Assembly: GCF_964355755.1 (NCBI RefSeq)
Contig: NC_092674.1
Coordinates: 11,966,001-12,030,000 of the forward strand
DNA: 64,000 nt
Direction: 5' to 3'
Source of the DNA: Antedon mediterranea
Taxonomy: Eukaryota; Animalia; Echinodermata
The translations under genes were made by a program, and so were the position numbers. Positions 39,701 through 53,062 of this stretch are shown here, in pieces. Every line of letters begins with the position of its first letter. Within the stretch, counting starts at the first letter, position 1. The notes under the pieces were generated by a model that was not told where the DNA came from, made no database searches, and saw only the letters and a list, made by a program, of their open reading frames with translations.

Positions 39701-42700
39701 ATGGACATCCATTAGACAGTGTGTACCACGATCGGAAAACACCCTATTTGAGGCAAATGGTTGAACCTAAATTCGTTTTATTTGTCAATAACTAATTATC
39801 TAACTCAATTTAATTAGTAAACAGGCTTACATCAGGTGATTAAAATCAGTACCGAAAGTACGAACCAACTTTATATACCATCGAGTAAATATTCTAGAAG
39901 TAACGCGCGATTTACTGAATTTTCCCTTACGTAACGGCCTGTCTTCAACATTATGATGCTGTACTCGAGCTGTTCAACCGGTTTTCAGCCATTAAAAACA
40001 ATTATCGTAGGAGGAGATAGGAAAATGCAAAGCATCCTCGTATTATTGTGTGCGGGTATTTTTTCAAGATGGACATGCATTGGACAGTGTATACCACGAT
40101 CGGAAAACACCCCTATTGGGGGAAAATCATTGAACCTAAATTCGTTTTAATTGTCAATAACTAATTATAGAACTCAGTTTAATTAGTAAACAGGGTTACA
40201 TCAGGTGGTTAAAATCAGTATCGAAAGTACGAACCAACTTTATATACCATCGAGTAAACATTCTAGAAATAACGGGCGATTTACGTAAATTTTTATATAT
40301 AGATAACACTGCACAAAGAATTTTAAATATGTAATGCTGCAATTGAAATTAATTGTGCTGGTAGATCATCTGATACAGTTGCTTTATTTTGGTCGATTAA
40401 AAAAAAAATAAATACAGTAACTCATTAACAGTGATAGGTTCAAGAAAAAAATAAATTGGTAAGGGAGTGGCCAGATACGGAGAAAAAAAACATTTTTGTG
40501 AGCGTGGAATTTTGTTTGCAAGTTGATCGGCTACGCTAACAAAATATTCATTAAATAATACATCAACAATTTCGTCCGGATTATTTACTATTGATGTTGT
40601 CCCATTATTATTATTATTATTGTTATTATCAGAAATAGCATTAACTGATTTTAATTTTATTTTTACCGAGGCCTACGTCATTTATTATCTTCCACGTTTT
40701 TACTGAGTTTGTTGCGTTATCAGAAAAAAAAATGTGCAGTTCTTAAAACATTTGAAAGAGTTTTTCGGTATTTTTATATTTTATAAAATCAGAATTAGCA
40801 AAATTTACTTTTAATTACTTTCTAGTAGGCCCCTACATCTTGTTTTTATTATATTAATAGATTTTTAAAAAATATTTTCAATAAATGAATTTTACAAATA
40901 AAAGGTAGACCTAGGATTACATTCTATTTCTTTTCTGCATTATTTCAAGTTTTTCCACTTCCAGATGACTACGTGTGCAATGAATGGCAGTTTCAATGTT
41001 CAAGTGGCGATTGTGTTCATAAAAATCTGGAATGTGATGGAAATCAGGATTGCAACGATGGATCAGATGAAAATGATTGTCGTAAGTTCACTTCTTCAGC
41101 CAATACTTATTTATTGGTGATTGGATAAACCAGAGAAGAGTGAAATTACTCTTCTCTGGATGAACATATAAACAAATAAACAGATACAAAAAGAAACAGA
41201 TATACAAAGAAACAGATACAAAAAGAAACAGATACACAAAGAAACTGATACACAAACTAATAAATTAACAAATTAAAAAGAAATACAAATGTTGAAATCA
41301 AATCACAAATATATTGCAATTTTGAAGATTCTTTGTCATGATACTAGACATAAGTAAGGAAAACAACTAAAAAGGTCTCGATAGATTCATTGATCGATCG
41401 ATTAAATGATTGACTAATTTATGAATATATTTTATCAATTTTTAATTGCATTGCTTATTCTCTTTTTTTTTAATTAGAAAATTATGTGTGTAACGAATAT
41501 CAAGAATATTGTCGTATTAGAGGTTGTCAACCAAAGTCAAGGGCATGTACTCGTGGGTATATAAATTGCGACAGTTGTGGTATGTTTGAATGTCCTACTA
41601 CTACTGTGGACAAACGAATAAGCGCCTTTTATAGTCCGGTCTGTGTGGATTCACCACCCGAAGTGGTGCAAATTGCCATCCAACTTTTCTAGACCAGAAT
41701 TATCCGTAGATGAACAATATGGAACGGGATAGGAAGCGCAATATAAAGTCAAAGTTAAAAATTGACCAATTATAATAATGTATTATATATATTTTTTGTT
41801 TAACCATATTTAATGAGGGTGATCCATCCAGCTATTGCTGATCATTAGGGACCCTCAGAGCTTCACAAGACAAACATATACACAAGATGCTCTACATAAA
41901 CAAAGTCTTATTACAAGTCTTTGGGAGTGGAGTAATTTGGCCCTTAGAAAAAATCCTGACATGTGACGGGACTTAAACCCAGGACCCTTGGAGTGGTAGA
42001 CAAGCATCATAACCACCAAGCCACAACTCCACTCCAATATATACAGTAGGACTATGTATCTATATATAAATGTACGTAAGGGCAAAATTCGGTAAACCGC
42101 GCGTTACTTCTAGAATGTTTACTTGATGGTATATAAAGTACTGATTTTAAATTGAGATAGATAATTAGTTAATGACAATTAAAACTATTTGCCCCAAATA
42201 GGGGTGTTTTCCGATCATGGCATACACTGTCTAATGGATGTCCATCTAGAAAAATACTTATAAATTGGTTATAATACAAATGTTTAATACATTGATGTAA
42301 TTAGTTAATTTTTAGCTTTGACCAATTATATCTCGAAAACGCTTCCATCCTGATTACCTTCCAGATTCGTAACCTACGGACAATTTTGATTCAGAAAAGT
42401 TGGATGGCAATTTGTCCCCCGTCGGGTGGTGAAAATGTTTGTAATGGTATGTGAGAGTGTATATTTACAGTATAAATGAGGCATATAGAAAGTGAATTAC
42501 CACATTCTGTACTGTACCTAAATCAAAACTCCATTGACTGTGTTATTATTATTTACTAATGTAAAATGTTTTATATAGTATTGCGGTAAAGAGTTTGAGT
42601 GCTATGCGAATATTAGTTCTTGAATGTAGGTTGTAATTGAAAGTAGTATTCTTACTGAATTAGAAACGTTTGGGAATTCTACTGCATGTCTGCCATGTTC

Positions 42701-44829
42701 GCTCCAGTTGAGGCTCCCTTGTCGTTAGTGCTACGACAGAAATGTGTAATGAGTAACCGGCAAATAATGACGTAATTCATAGAGTGTCCTTATTTTGGAT
42801 GCCATGATTGTAAGTGACGTCACACACAATTTCTGACCACTCCCTAAAGTCTGTAGCTCCCTATCAAATTGATCAGATTCACTATACATAGTATAACAAA
42901 CTGAACATGTATCATTGATGTTACAGCAACTCGCTAGCATCAGTTAGATTTGTTTTTCCTACTTAACTATCTCCATAATCATACCATCTAACTATCATGG
43001 TGCTACTTATGCACAATACTATTTGGCTGGGATGGTATGATTCTTGGCAATTATCTCGCCCCCAATAAAATAACTGTATTCCATGTACACGGTACTATAT
43101 CACAAGCACAGCGAACTAATATAACATGAGTAGCCACCGAAAAAGCCAAATAATTAAAGAATTAATCATTATTTAAGGTAAGGTGGACCAGTAGTGGTAT
43201 CAAATATATAATAAATAAGCTAAATAACAATTAAAGAATTTCATTATTGAGAGTAAGGTGACCGCAGTAGTTGCATCAAATACATAATGAAACGTTAAAC
43301 ATTGTATTACTGTGTTATGTGGCGTTGTGTATAAAGTAGTAGGCCTAGTTATAGTGTATGGTAGTTTGTTTGTGAATTTTTGAATGGAATAAGTACTCTG
43401 ATGCACATATATCATTAATAAACCCCAACAAATATAACCTCCCAGCTTTAAGACTTAGTATATATCATATCAATTATCCTAGATATGTTCATCTTCACTC
43501 CATGCAATGCACATCAATTCGAATGTACATTGAGCGGATGTACTACAGACATCAGCGTATGTGACGGAAATTTTGATTGTAATGATGGTTCAGATGAGCA
43601 ACATTGTTGTAAGTGTTGATGTCCGTATTATATATTAGGGACTTTTAGATAGATTGATTGATTGAGCGTGCACACGACGGCCACGTCCACATGGGTCGCA
43701 GTCGACTGTTCTCGTCAAGAACTAAAAGAAATTTTATATTAAATGGACATTTACGTTGACGTGACAGTGAACGTATGATGTAATGACCTTGGGATCTGAC
43801 CTTGTAATCTCTATAGCAGTAGCGCTCATTCGTGGTGCTATTCCACCGCGCTGGGCCGATGGAAGTAAAGAGGTCCTAGTAGTATAGTGATAAGACCTAT
43901 CCCAGGCCATTAACAGTATTATTATTAAAAAAACTTTATTTAAATAACCAATACAAATTAATAATTCACAGTTTTTAAAATATAATTTGACTCAAATTCA
44001 CTTTACTACATTATCAGAAAATCATCGTGACACATTCTCAGCCATGATTTTGGTAAAAATTTGCAGTGTTATGAGGTCATACGTTCAACTGTACTCAACT
44101 CATGTCAGAGAGCGAACGTGAACATGCTACTGAAGTGCTCAAATTTGACAGTCGACGTACCGGACGCATAGCGCATGCGCATATTATAACAATGACGTAG
44201 TAGGGTAGCAGTCGACATAGTTTACGTGAAAATCTAAAATTCCCTATTATATAGGGCTTGATAACATTGGCACTTTAGCAGAGAAATGTTCACTGTTAAA
44301 GTATCAATGAAAGTTGAGTATTACCTAGAAATATTATTGATAAATACATTTTTGCTGCTCAACGTTGGTCCACGATTGGCTGCTTCACTCCTCCCTCTTA
44401 TAATCTGTGGTTTTATCTTATCATGTTTAATAGGGAATCAATTGTATACAAAATTAATTTAATTTTAACGTAAGCTCTTAATAGGTAGGCCTATTATAGT
44501 ATTAATTTTAGTTTTATCAATATTAGCACAATTCCTTCCACCACAATCACAGAAAAAGGTTAGGTTCATCAGGGCAAATGCAAGTGTAGGGGAATTGAAG
44601 GCGACCTGAATGTATTAAAAAAAAAATCCCCTTGGGTATGGCTGTTATGATTTATTAATTAACATTAGCTTTTGTTTATATGGTTTACTAATTTTCAAAC
44701 AAACTGTACCGTATGTTTTAATATTGTAGCTAGTACTGTTGCTAAGCCTTGCTACTCGTACTTGGGAATAACTTCTGTTACAGAAGAAAACGACAACTTC
44801 CATACCACTTTACAAACTACTGACCAATT

Positions 44830-44862
<33 letters not shown>

Positions 44863-47800
44863 AACTACTACAACTTCTATTACTACAGACAACGTTAGTG
44901 TTGTTAGTGTTTCATACAAGAAACTTGACAATTCCAGTTTGTCTAGCACCTCCGATTATGTTACTACCACTCCAAGTATACAACAATCAAGTAAAAACTT
45001 GTTCACGGACACATCAAATGCTGTTTCTATTGAAGGTAAAGCTCTGTCCACACTGTCACACTTCATATGACAAAAAGGCGATGTGCCCATGGACACGATG
45101 ACGTCATATCACTACCATATTTAGGCACATCACACTTTTGTTTTTAGTTTGATAGTGTAACCAGAGCCTAACAGAGCCATTCTATTATAAAGTGTTGGTG
45201 TTCTTATTATTATATTGATTATTTATACCTCCCAAGCTAATTTTGTTCTTGTGAAAAGCATATTATTATACTGTGTCTCAGAACATAATGATAAGCAAAC
45301 TATGTCTTCAGTAGACTTTTCTTCCAAAGAGGCAATCATAATTTTTGTTAACGTTGTCCAAATATGACATACGATTATTGCTCATGTTTAAATACGTTGA
45401 ATTCTTTGCTTTTTTTTATTTCAAGTTGGTGTCGCCTACCTATTTTTTCTGTAAAACAATTTCATTTTTCTTGCAGATAGTACCTTCAACGACAGTCCAT
45501 ACGATTGCAAGTATTGGGAAGTAAATAGAGTTTCTGTACATGCCGGTATGGACTATGTTATATCAATTATAATGTTATAATGCATTCGTTAAAAAATAGT
45601 AATTCTGATTCTATAATTGAATTAGCTAAAAAAAACACGATTTTGTAATCCGCACAGACGATCCGAAAAGAAGATTTAGAATTCCGACAAATTCAATGCA
45701 ACAATTGAAATAAACGATTTATCAATCCGTAAAAAAAATTATCAATTGATGAAAACAATTTAGCAATCCATCTGTTTAAAAAATTGGTAGGCCTAATTTG
45801 TACAATCGAATTAGCAGCTTATACAAAAGAATTGCACTACCCTTTTGGTGGCACCAATATAGGCTAGTGTTTTACTCTGTTTAGTTTTAATATAGGCCTA
45901 CACTACTGTAGTAAATAGCTATTATCAAAATTCATATAAAACAGATTATGAAAATGCCCTTCCAATCATTGTGTTTGCCCCCGCCTGCGTGAAATCAAAC
46001 CTACGATGTTTATAGTCTTTAATTTTATCTGAACGAAACTTTGAATTTCAGTAAACTGTGAAGCAGAAACACCGGAGTTTAATTCAGTTGACGTAATTTC
46101 AGAAACAAGTGGTGTCACATTCTCTATCGGTTCTACATATTCTGTAAACGAAGGTCAGAGGTTAATTTTAAAAATTCACTCTCTGCCACTTAAATTCTAA
46201 AATGTATTAAACCCACAATACGCTTTTGCACTTTATCGACCCAGTGCCAATTGGTCTCCTATCATTTCACCTGTTTCAAGAAAGCAAACCATCACTTACT
46301 TTCATTGTATAAAATATCTTCATCCTCTGAGTTTCATTGTAATCTTAAGAGTTTGAGCATTAATGCAGAGAGATAGCAGTAGTTTCATTTTTGTATAATA
46401 AATTACAGTCCATGTATATCATAATTAAGCAACCTTTTTGTAGATGGACCATACAAACTTGTGGCAAAATTGATTTCTAAAGAAGTAGGTCGAACTGATG
46501 GTACACGGCAAAATGTGTAAGTTTGACGTTCTAATTTAATTTCTTAAAGATAAAAAAAGATAAAAATAATGTATTTTGTTTTTGAAGAGGTCATTTAAAT
46601 GTCACATAATACTTTTGTTAACCAAAAATTTGATCAAAAAAAAATATTTAACCGATAAAACCAAAATTTGAACAAAACAGTAGTCACCCGGAGGCCTGTG
46701 TAGTAGTCAAGATTTTGTTATTTGTTTGTATAAACAAAATAATTATTTTTAGCAATCAAACCAATGTTGATGGTGGTATCCAATATTATATTATTACAAT
46801 TAAATACAACTAGGCTTATTATATACGTTTATCTTTCAAGGGAAGGAGACCTTCTAAAAATTGCCTCTGATACTATTGACATCAAAATTTATGATAAAAA
46901 TAACAAGGAAATTAGTATGGAATGCGATATTTTGTTTACCAATATTACCGTAAGTAAATAATAAGTTCATTCATATTTTCTAACGAAACTGAGACAGTAT
47001 TCCAGAGATAACTCCCCAAAATAACCTCTTTTATTTTAAAGAATATTTCTCTTGATAATGATACGATTATGCTGCTGCCTGTTTGCCATTTTACTAATGA
47101 AATTGGACCTATGGCGTAAGTACCTATTGATATTTGTTAATACTATTTTACAAACGATGCCATCGCATAATATCATGATACCCTTTTTACATCTGCTACT
47201 AGCAACTACTTGTATGTGACAAGTGGTAAACATGTGTAAAAGCTATGTTGTGGAAAATCGTAGGCCCTAAAATCAACGTAAAAATAAAACATTCTTAAAA
47301 TATTATTTGCTTCGTCAAAACGTGTAAAACCAAAATGCAAGCCAACGCAAACCATTTCTGGTATAGCTACGGTATGGTATTACTCCACCAGTGTAGACTG
47401 CATGATTTAGGTAACATTTAAAAGATATAATTCTAGTGCATAATACTGGACCGATTTTATAAAAATAGAATTGTTTAAATTAGAGATATGTTTTAAAATA
47501 ATAATATTAATAGAGTACATAGCAAAATGCTTAACCAAGGGCATGAAAAACTGCAACAATAAATTCGACTAGTGGAAAAAGAGTGTTTCGTCTATTGTGA
47601 ACAATGTTGATTTTATTAAATAGTTGTTCATTAGTTTTACCTGTATTCTACTATAAAAATCACCAATTACGAAATTAAATTAAATTAAAACATTGTTCAG
47701 TATTAATATTTTCTGACTTGTAGGATATGGTCAACAGAAGGCTGTTTGACTATTTACCAAGAAGATTACATAATCAGTGGTGTGACGTGTAAATGCACCC

Positions 47801-50800
47801 ACCTCACTTCATTTGTCGTTCTCATGAAACCAAAACAGGTGAAACTTACTTCTTACTTCTGTTAACCAACCATTGTCTGATATTATCCATCCTGTTTCCA
47901 GTTAATTTTCTAAGAGATGTCATTTAGAAACACAGACGTTCTTTGAACGTATTATGCGAACGCCTAGTGAAATACAACGTATACAATTATCGAAGTCCAG
48001 TTCGGCGCATGCTTTAACTGGAATAATGATAATAATATTATAAATAATATTTATTTTGTTTTTTCATCATACGATTTACCACTCAGACACGAACATTTTG
48101 AGTGAAAAAAAAATCATTCTTCACATGCTTAGAAACATAATGAGCATGTCTACTCTTGATCTGAAAGTTCAGTAGTCAAATGGCACGTAATGAACATGAA
48201 AGCTCCTTGATAATATCAGAGAAGAGTTAACTTTAATAATTTAACTCTTCCCTGATAATGTTTACGATCACAACTGGAAACTATACCATTACAAATACAC
48301 AGCACGATGATGAAAACAACTAAATAGCAATAGATGATTATGATGCTGACGATAATAAAATGAATAAACAAAAGCAATGACGTTATTAACAAAAAAGCAT
48401 GACGTGTGTTAAAGCACCTTTCTTCTTGATATTCTGACATCTTTAAGCTTACATTATATTCATTTACCAATTGCACGAATCTTGAAAATAACTAGTTTTA
48501 GTAACTTCCTTGAAAAAATGACGAAAGTACAAGCTGCTAAAAAATAATATAAATTAATTAAAAAAATCAGCCTCATTTTTGTTTAAATTTATGAATTTGA
48601 CTTAATAGAAAATTATGAAGAATGTGATGAATGATGAAAGGAAGAAAAATACAAAAACAGAAGAGAATACATTATCTGTGCTTACACATATTGGAATTGG
48701 GATTTCGAGTGTTTTTCTCATCATAACTCTTATTACAGTGTGCGGCATCAGGTATGTGTGTATTTTATATATTTTTGATATGTTTATTTATTTTTCCTCA
48801 ATGTTCACCATGTACAGGAGGAAAAATAAACAAACAACAAACATACAAGACATAAATACTCTAAACAGTTCTAGAGCTACAGTACTTACAATGTGAAGAA
48901 ATGTACAATTGCTAAAATATCTTTTTATTCTGGATTTTTTAAAGAAAAAGCTGTAGGCCTATAAGTTTGACCCAATCCACTAGTATTAATCTATATTTAA
49001 AACATTAACTCTACTAAAAAGAAGACAGAACGCAGAATTACCTCTAAAACGTCATTTGAATTTTGATCTTTTGCCAGGTTTTGGGCAAATATAATATGTC
49101 GGATCTCGTGTGTTCAATTGATATCTCAAACTTTTTAAACTTCTACTTTGCATGCAAACCACAGCGATGTTCTTGTATATAGTTGATACCGTTTGTATTT
49201 TTAAAATAAACCTAAATGGAATACAGTAATTCTAATCGAATTTGTAGTATTCGATCAGTGGTTATTTACAGAAACTACCGCTATTATGTTACGTTCTTTT
49301 CTTCTATTTCAGAGAATTAAGAAACTCCGATCGCTATAGAATATTACGACACCTGATAATCGCTTTAATTTTAGTGAATTTCTTGTTTTCATTCTTAAAT
49401 TTAAATGTAAGTTTCACATTTTTTTTCAACTGATAACAAAGAATAAATTCATGTATTGAATAACGTAAAACAGTTATAAATACATGATCTAATATAATAA
49501 CTATTACCAAATTTCTAACTTGGGTTCATTTCTAGTCAACTCATCGTCATGTATACATATTTTAGATGAGATGATGATTGCCTTAATATTGGTGGGTTGT
49601 TATCACGTTACTCATACCATTTTATGTTTGATTTGATTTGATTTGATTTATTCAATATCGGCTCATTACAATTACAACAGAAAACATAAAAATATATAAT
49701 GAAACAAAAAGCCAGGATTGTCACAAGCGAACCCAATCGCTGTTTAAAGACTTTCCTTTAACATAAATAAAATATAATATAAATATAAAATAAATGACGA
49801 GAAAAAATAAATTAATAAAAATCTAAGACATTATGTAAAAAAATACAGCAGGGACCAGGTAAAATCAAAGAAATAGTGTTTGCGAAGACTAGTCTCGAAT
49901 TCTCGAAACCTGCCAAGGAGAGCAAGCTCACTTAATTCAGAGGGAAGACCATTCCAAAGTTTACAGTTAATATAACCATTAGCATACCCTATTCGATTGA
50001 TGTATATACTCAGTTATTGGCATTATTTTATTGTTATCACGTGACTTATAACATTTTACGTTAAAATAATCATAGCTTATTTCATTTCATTTTCATTTCA
50101 TTTCATTTATAATTATGATAGAAATCAAATGTCCAGTGGTTCATCAATAGTTTAATGTTGTGGTACAAGGGCAGCATTATTTTTTCTTCTATGAGGTTAA
50201 GGCATGAGTAATTCATGACCCACATTATGAATTTATAGGGGTCGCTATATATGCAACCGGGCAGCAGTATTCCAAGATCGGTCGTATATAACAAGTATAT
50301 AATTTAACCATATCGCTGACCGAGGCCGGCACCAGGCTGAACGAGAACAAAATTAATGTCGGGAGACTTTGTTACAAATATCACTCACATGCCTATCTCA
50401 AATTTAGTTTTTTTTAACCTTAAACACACAGTAGCTTAAGGTAGCTTATCAACATGTGACTTTATCACTAGTTGTGAAAGGAAACTTATTTTCATATGGT
50501 GACATTTGCTTGGCTCCAATTGGCGAGATCATCTGAGATGGTCTGCAAAGTGGAATTATTTCCACGCTGGACACATTTACGTCCGATTTTTGAAACATAT
50601 AAACCTGAATTATTGTTTGATGTATTATTCTCCGGTACCCGGTAACACTAGGCCTAATACTGCTTAAAAGTTTCGATATTTAATTTATTTAATAGATTAG
50701 TAATAAAGTTGCATGCGGTCTTCTTGCTGGATGTCTGCACTACAGTCTAATGACAGCATTTTGCTGGATGTTAATGCTGTCAACCGATGTGTACATAAAA

Positions 50801-53062
50801 ATTAAACATTCATTTATGGATCATGAAAAACGATTCGTTTACTGCCGTTACATTTGTTGGATTGTACCCGGTGTTATTGTTCTGATTACTGCCTGTGCGA
50901 CAAGAGAAAACTACGCCTCTGATAAGTAAATTATGTGACTTTCAGGGTCTTTCACACCTGCTCCGGTCCGGCTTCTTCGGCTAAAGGTCATGTTCGAGTC
51001 AGATTAACAACGTTTTGTTTTCACTACGGGCTTCACACATTTCAAGTAAAATGATAGTCGCATGGACCGGACAGGCTGGTGTGAAGCGTATTTTGTGCAA
51101 ATGAGATACCTAATCTAATTCCCACGTCACGTGAACCTAAATGTAGCCGGAGCCGGACTGGACCTATTGTGAAAAGCCTTATTGTAGCATTTACGAAACG
51201 GGTGAAACATTTTTCCAAATAAAAAAACTTGTTTTGTATGTTATAATTGTTTTTGATGGGCTGCATTATAAAGAAAGATAGAGTTAGACAGTTTCCTAGT
51301 GTAAAGTATAACTTAATACTATGAAACATTGCTCGTGTTTTAAACTAACGTTTGCAAGGCTTAATGGAGATTGGGCTGCTGATGATAATATTTAGTTCAT
51401 TTAAATGAAGACATGATAAAACATTACATTTTAATTCTATCTTGTTTATATATAAAGGTGTTGGTTAGATACTGACTCAGGTGCTATATGGACATTCATT
51501 TCGTCGGTTTGCATAACAATTCTGGTAAAATAATTTCAATTGATATTTTCTTCTTCTCATGATTTCATTTCATGCTGAAGTGCTTACAAATAACTACTGT
51601 AATACCTATTTTCGGAATGACAAACAGTATATTATTAGGAAAAATCTTATTGAGGCCATATACATGGCTGCAGTCACGTGCGAATATTTGAGTTAGTGTT
51701 TACCTACCGACAAACAGCCCGACCGACCAACCAATAAAGTGAGCTTTAGAGTCATGTTTGCACGCGACTAAAAAAAGTAGGAATTTAACAAAATGCAATA
51801 GAAAATGTTGTTTTATATTATTTTTTAAAATCATCTATGAATATACATATAAAATTGAATTATTGTTAGTTGTTTACGATCAAAGCAATAATCTAACAAC
51901 AGTATGCCGAGTAACGTTATATTAAAAGTTGTATGTGTGTACGATCGGTTCCACGCCCACAAAACAGAAACCGGAAGAAAATGTACAAATAGTATGTATT
52001 TGTCGCATCAAATCTTAGATCAAAGGACTGTTCTTATAGGTGAGCATCCTGTTAAATTGCCGTGTCGCCGTTGTTCCATGTAAATGCAGTATTGTCATTT
52101 ATTTTTTACGCTATAGATTGTTCTTGTTCAGATGAGTGTGATCGGAGTTTTAATTTACCAGAAATCTAAACTGCCAAATCAAACTACTGATGATGTTAGT
52201 ACACTTAAGCGAGTCAGGTAATTCAGTTTTTTTTCAAATATAGTAATATCATTCTGCCAATTATATTGTCCGTACATTATCAGTATCACAATCAATGATT
52301 GGATCATTAATGCCAACAATGTGTGTAATCATTATAGCCACCATAACTGAGGTATTAAATAGTAACCAAGCTAATTTATCTATCTTTGTTTATATATATA
52401 TATTGTAATATTGTATAAATAATGTTTACTTGTCAGAGCAATGTTAGGAGGTTTACTTCTGCTTTCACCAGTTGTTGGACTTCCTTGGATTTTTGGCATT
52501 ATTGTCATCTTTGATGATTCTCAGACAACGCAATACATTTATGTTATGCTGAATAGCCTGCAAGGTTTCTTCATCTGGCTGTCACAATGCTGTTTCAGCA
52601 CAGAGGTAGGCTAATTAAATAAAGTCAACTTGCTTAGACACTGGGTTCCATGTTTCTCCAGACTGAAGTCTATACGACTCGACAGAACATTTTAAAATCT
52701 TGTTTACACGGTATTTGATACATGCTCATTATTACATAGTGTCCATAATGTTTTAATTCATCTCATGAATTATTCGTGACTTCTGCTTCTTCTGAAAATA
52801 ATGCATCTGGGCTGTGTGTGAATGTAACTTTAATATCTACATCATCAGTAGACGCAGTCTAAACACTTATATATACTTATAAACGTATATCTGTATTATT
52901 ATATTATTGTAGGCAAGACGTGCAATTAAGAAAACCTTCAGCAACCGGATAAGACATACTGATTTCTTTGATAAGACATACAGTACCGCTATGAGTACCC
53001 GTAAATATTCGAATACAGTTATTGATATGAGCACGCTCAAACCTAAATGGAATACCAAATGA
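36703..53062 (+). CDS. Adhesion G protein-coupled receptor with four LDLa modules, Ser/Thr stalk, GAIN/GPS and 7TM; 19 exons, ~775 aa
   Basis: Phase-consistent GT-AG exons: 36703-36766 (signal peptide), 36943-37059, 40965-41081, 41478-41579, 43483-43608 (LDLa, e.g. [16 protein letters not shown]), 44730-45035 (poly-Thr), 45477-45545, 46052-46153, 46444-46516, 46841-46949, 47042-47115, 47724-47838 (GPS WSTEGC...CKCTHL|TSFVVLM), 48609-48751, 49313-49406, 50696-50925 ([13 protein letters not shown]), 51458-51524 (CWL), 52117-52217, 52437-52605 ([16 protein letters not shown]), 52913-53062. Confidence 0.9.
38030..38840 (+). mobile_element. 5'-truncated L2-clade LINE (RT C-terminus plus 3' tail) in aGPCR intron 2
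   Basis: [64 protein letters not shown], frameshifted. L2-like tail. Confidence 0.85.
39568..40290. repeat. Direct duplication of a ~366-bp repeat unit, with an inverted partial copy at 42085-42257
   Basis: CTTCAACATTATGATGCTGTACTC...GGAGGAGATAGGAAAATGC at ~39576 and ~39943. Confidence 0.85.
41650..42433. mobile_element. Degenerate TIR element containing a SINE and a repeat fragment
   Basis: CAAATTGCCATCCAACTTTTCT (41669) is the inverse of AGAAAAGTTGGATGGCAATTTG (42393). Arm similarity continues inward. Confidence 0.55.
41800..42035 (-). mobile_element. tRNA-derived SINE (second family)
   Basis: Minus strand GTGGCTTGGTGGTTATGATGC (A box-like) and GGTTTAAGTCCC (B box-like). Confidence 0.6.
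43636..44246. mobile_element. MITE with TIR TAGGGA(C/A)TTTTAGAT
   Basis: 15-bp imperfect terminal inverted repeat. Target duplication ambiguous. Confidence 0.5.
45040..45168. mobile_element. Harbinger/Tourist-like MITE inserted in the aGPCR exon-6 splice donor
   Basis: TAA duplication at 45037-45039 and 45169-45171. Same family as 17527-17671. Confidence 0.7.
49625..49965 (-). mobile_element. CR1-type LINE 3' end with (ATCAA)n tail
   Basis: Minus strand [12 protein letters not shown]..., followed by an AATAAA and ATCAA repeat tail. Confidence 0.5.
50945..51178. mobile_element. Harbinger-like MITE
   Basis: GGGTCTTTCACA...TCCGG versus CCGGA...TGTGAAAAGCC imperfect inverted termini. Confidence 0.5.

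Noticed and set aside
44752-44949. Poly-Val ORF on the minus strand
   Set aside because: Antisense reading of the (ACT)n poly-Thr stalk exon.
47288-47410. Open frame containing VKPKCK as a candidate GPS-proximal exon
   Set aside because: No acceptor and bounded by stops. Exon 47042-47115 supplies the right phase and the Cys.
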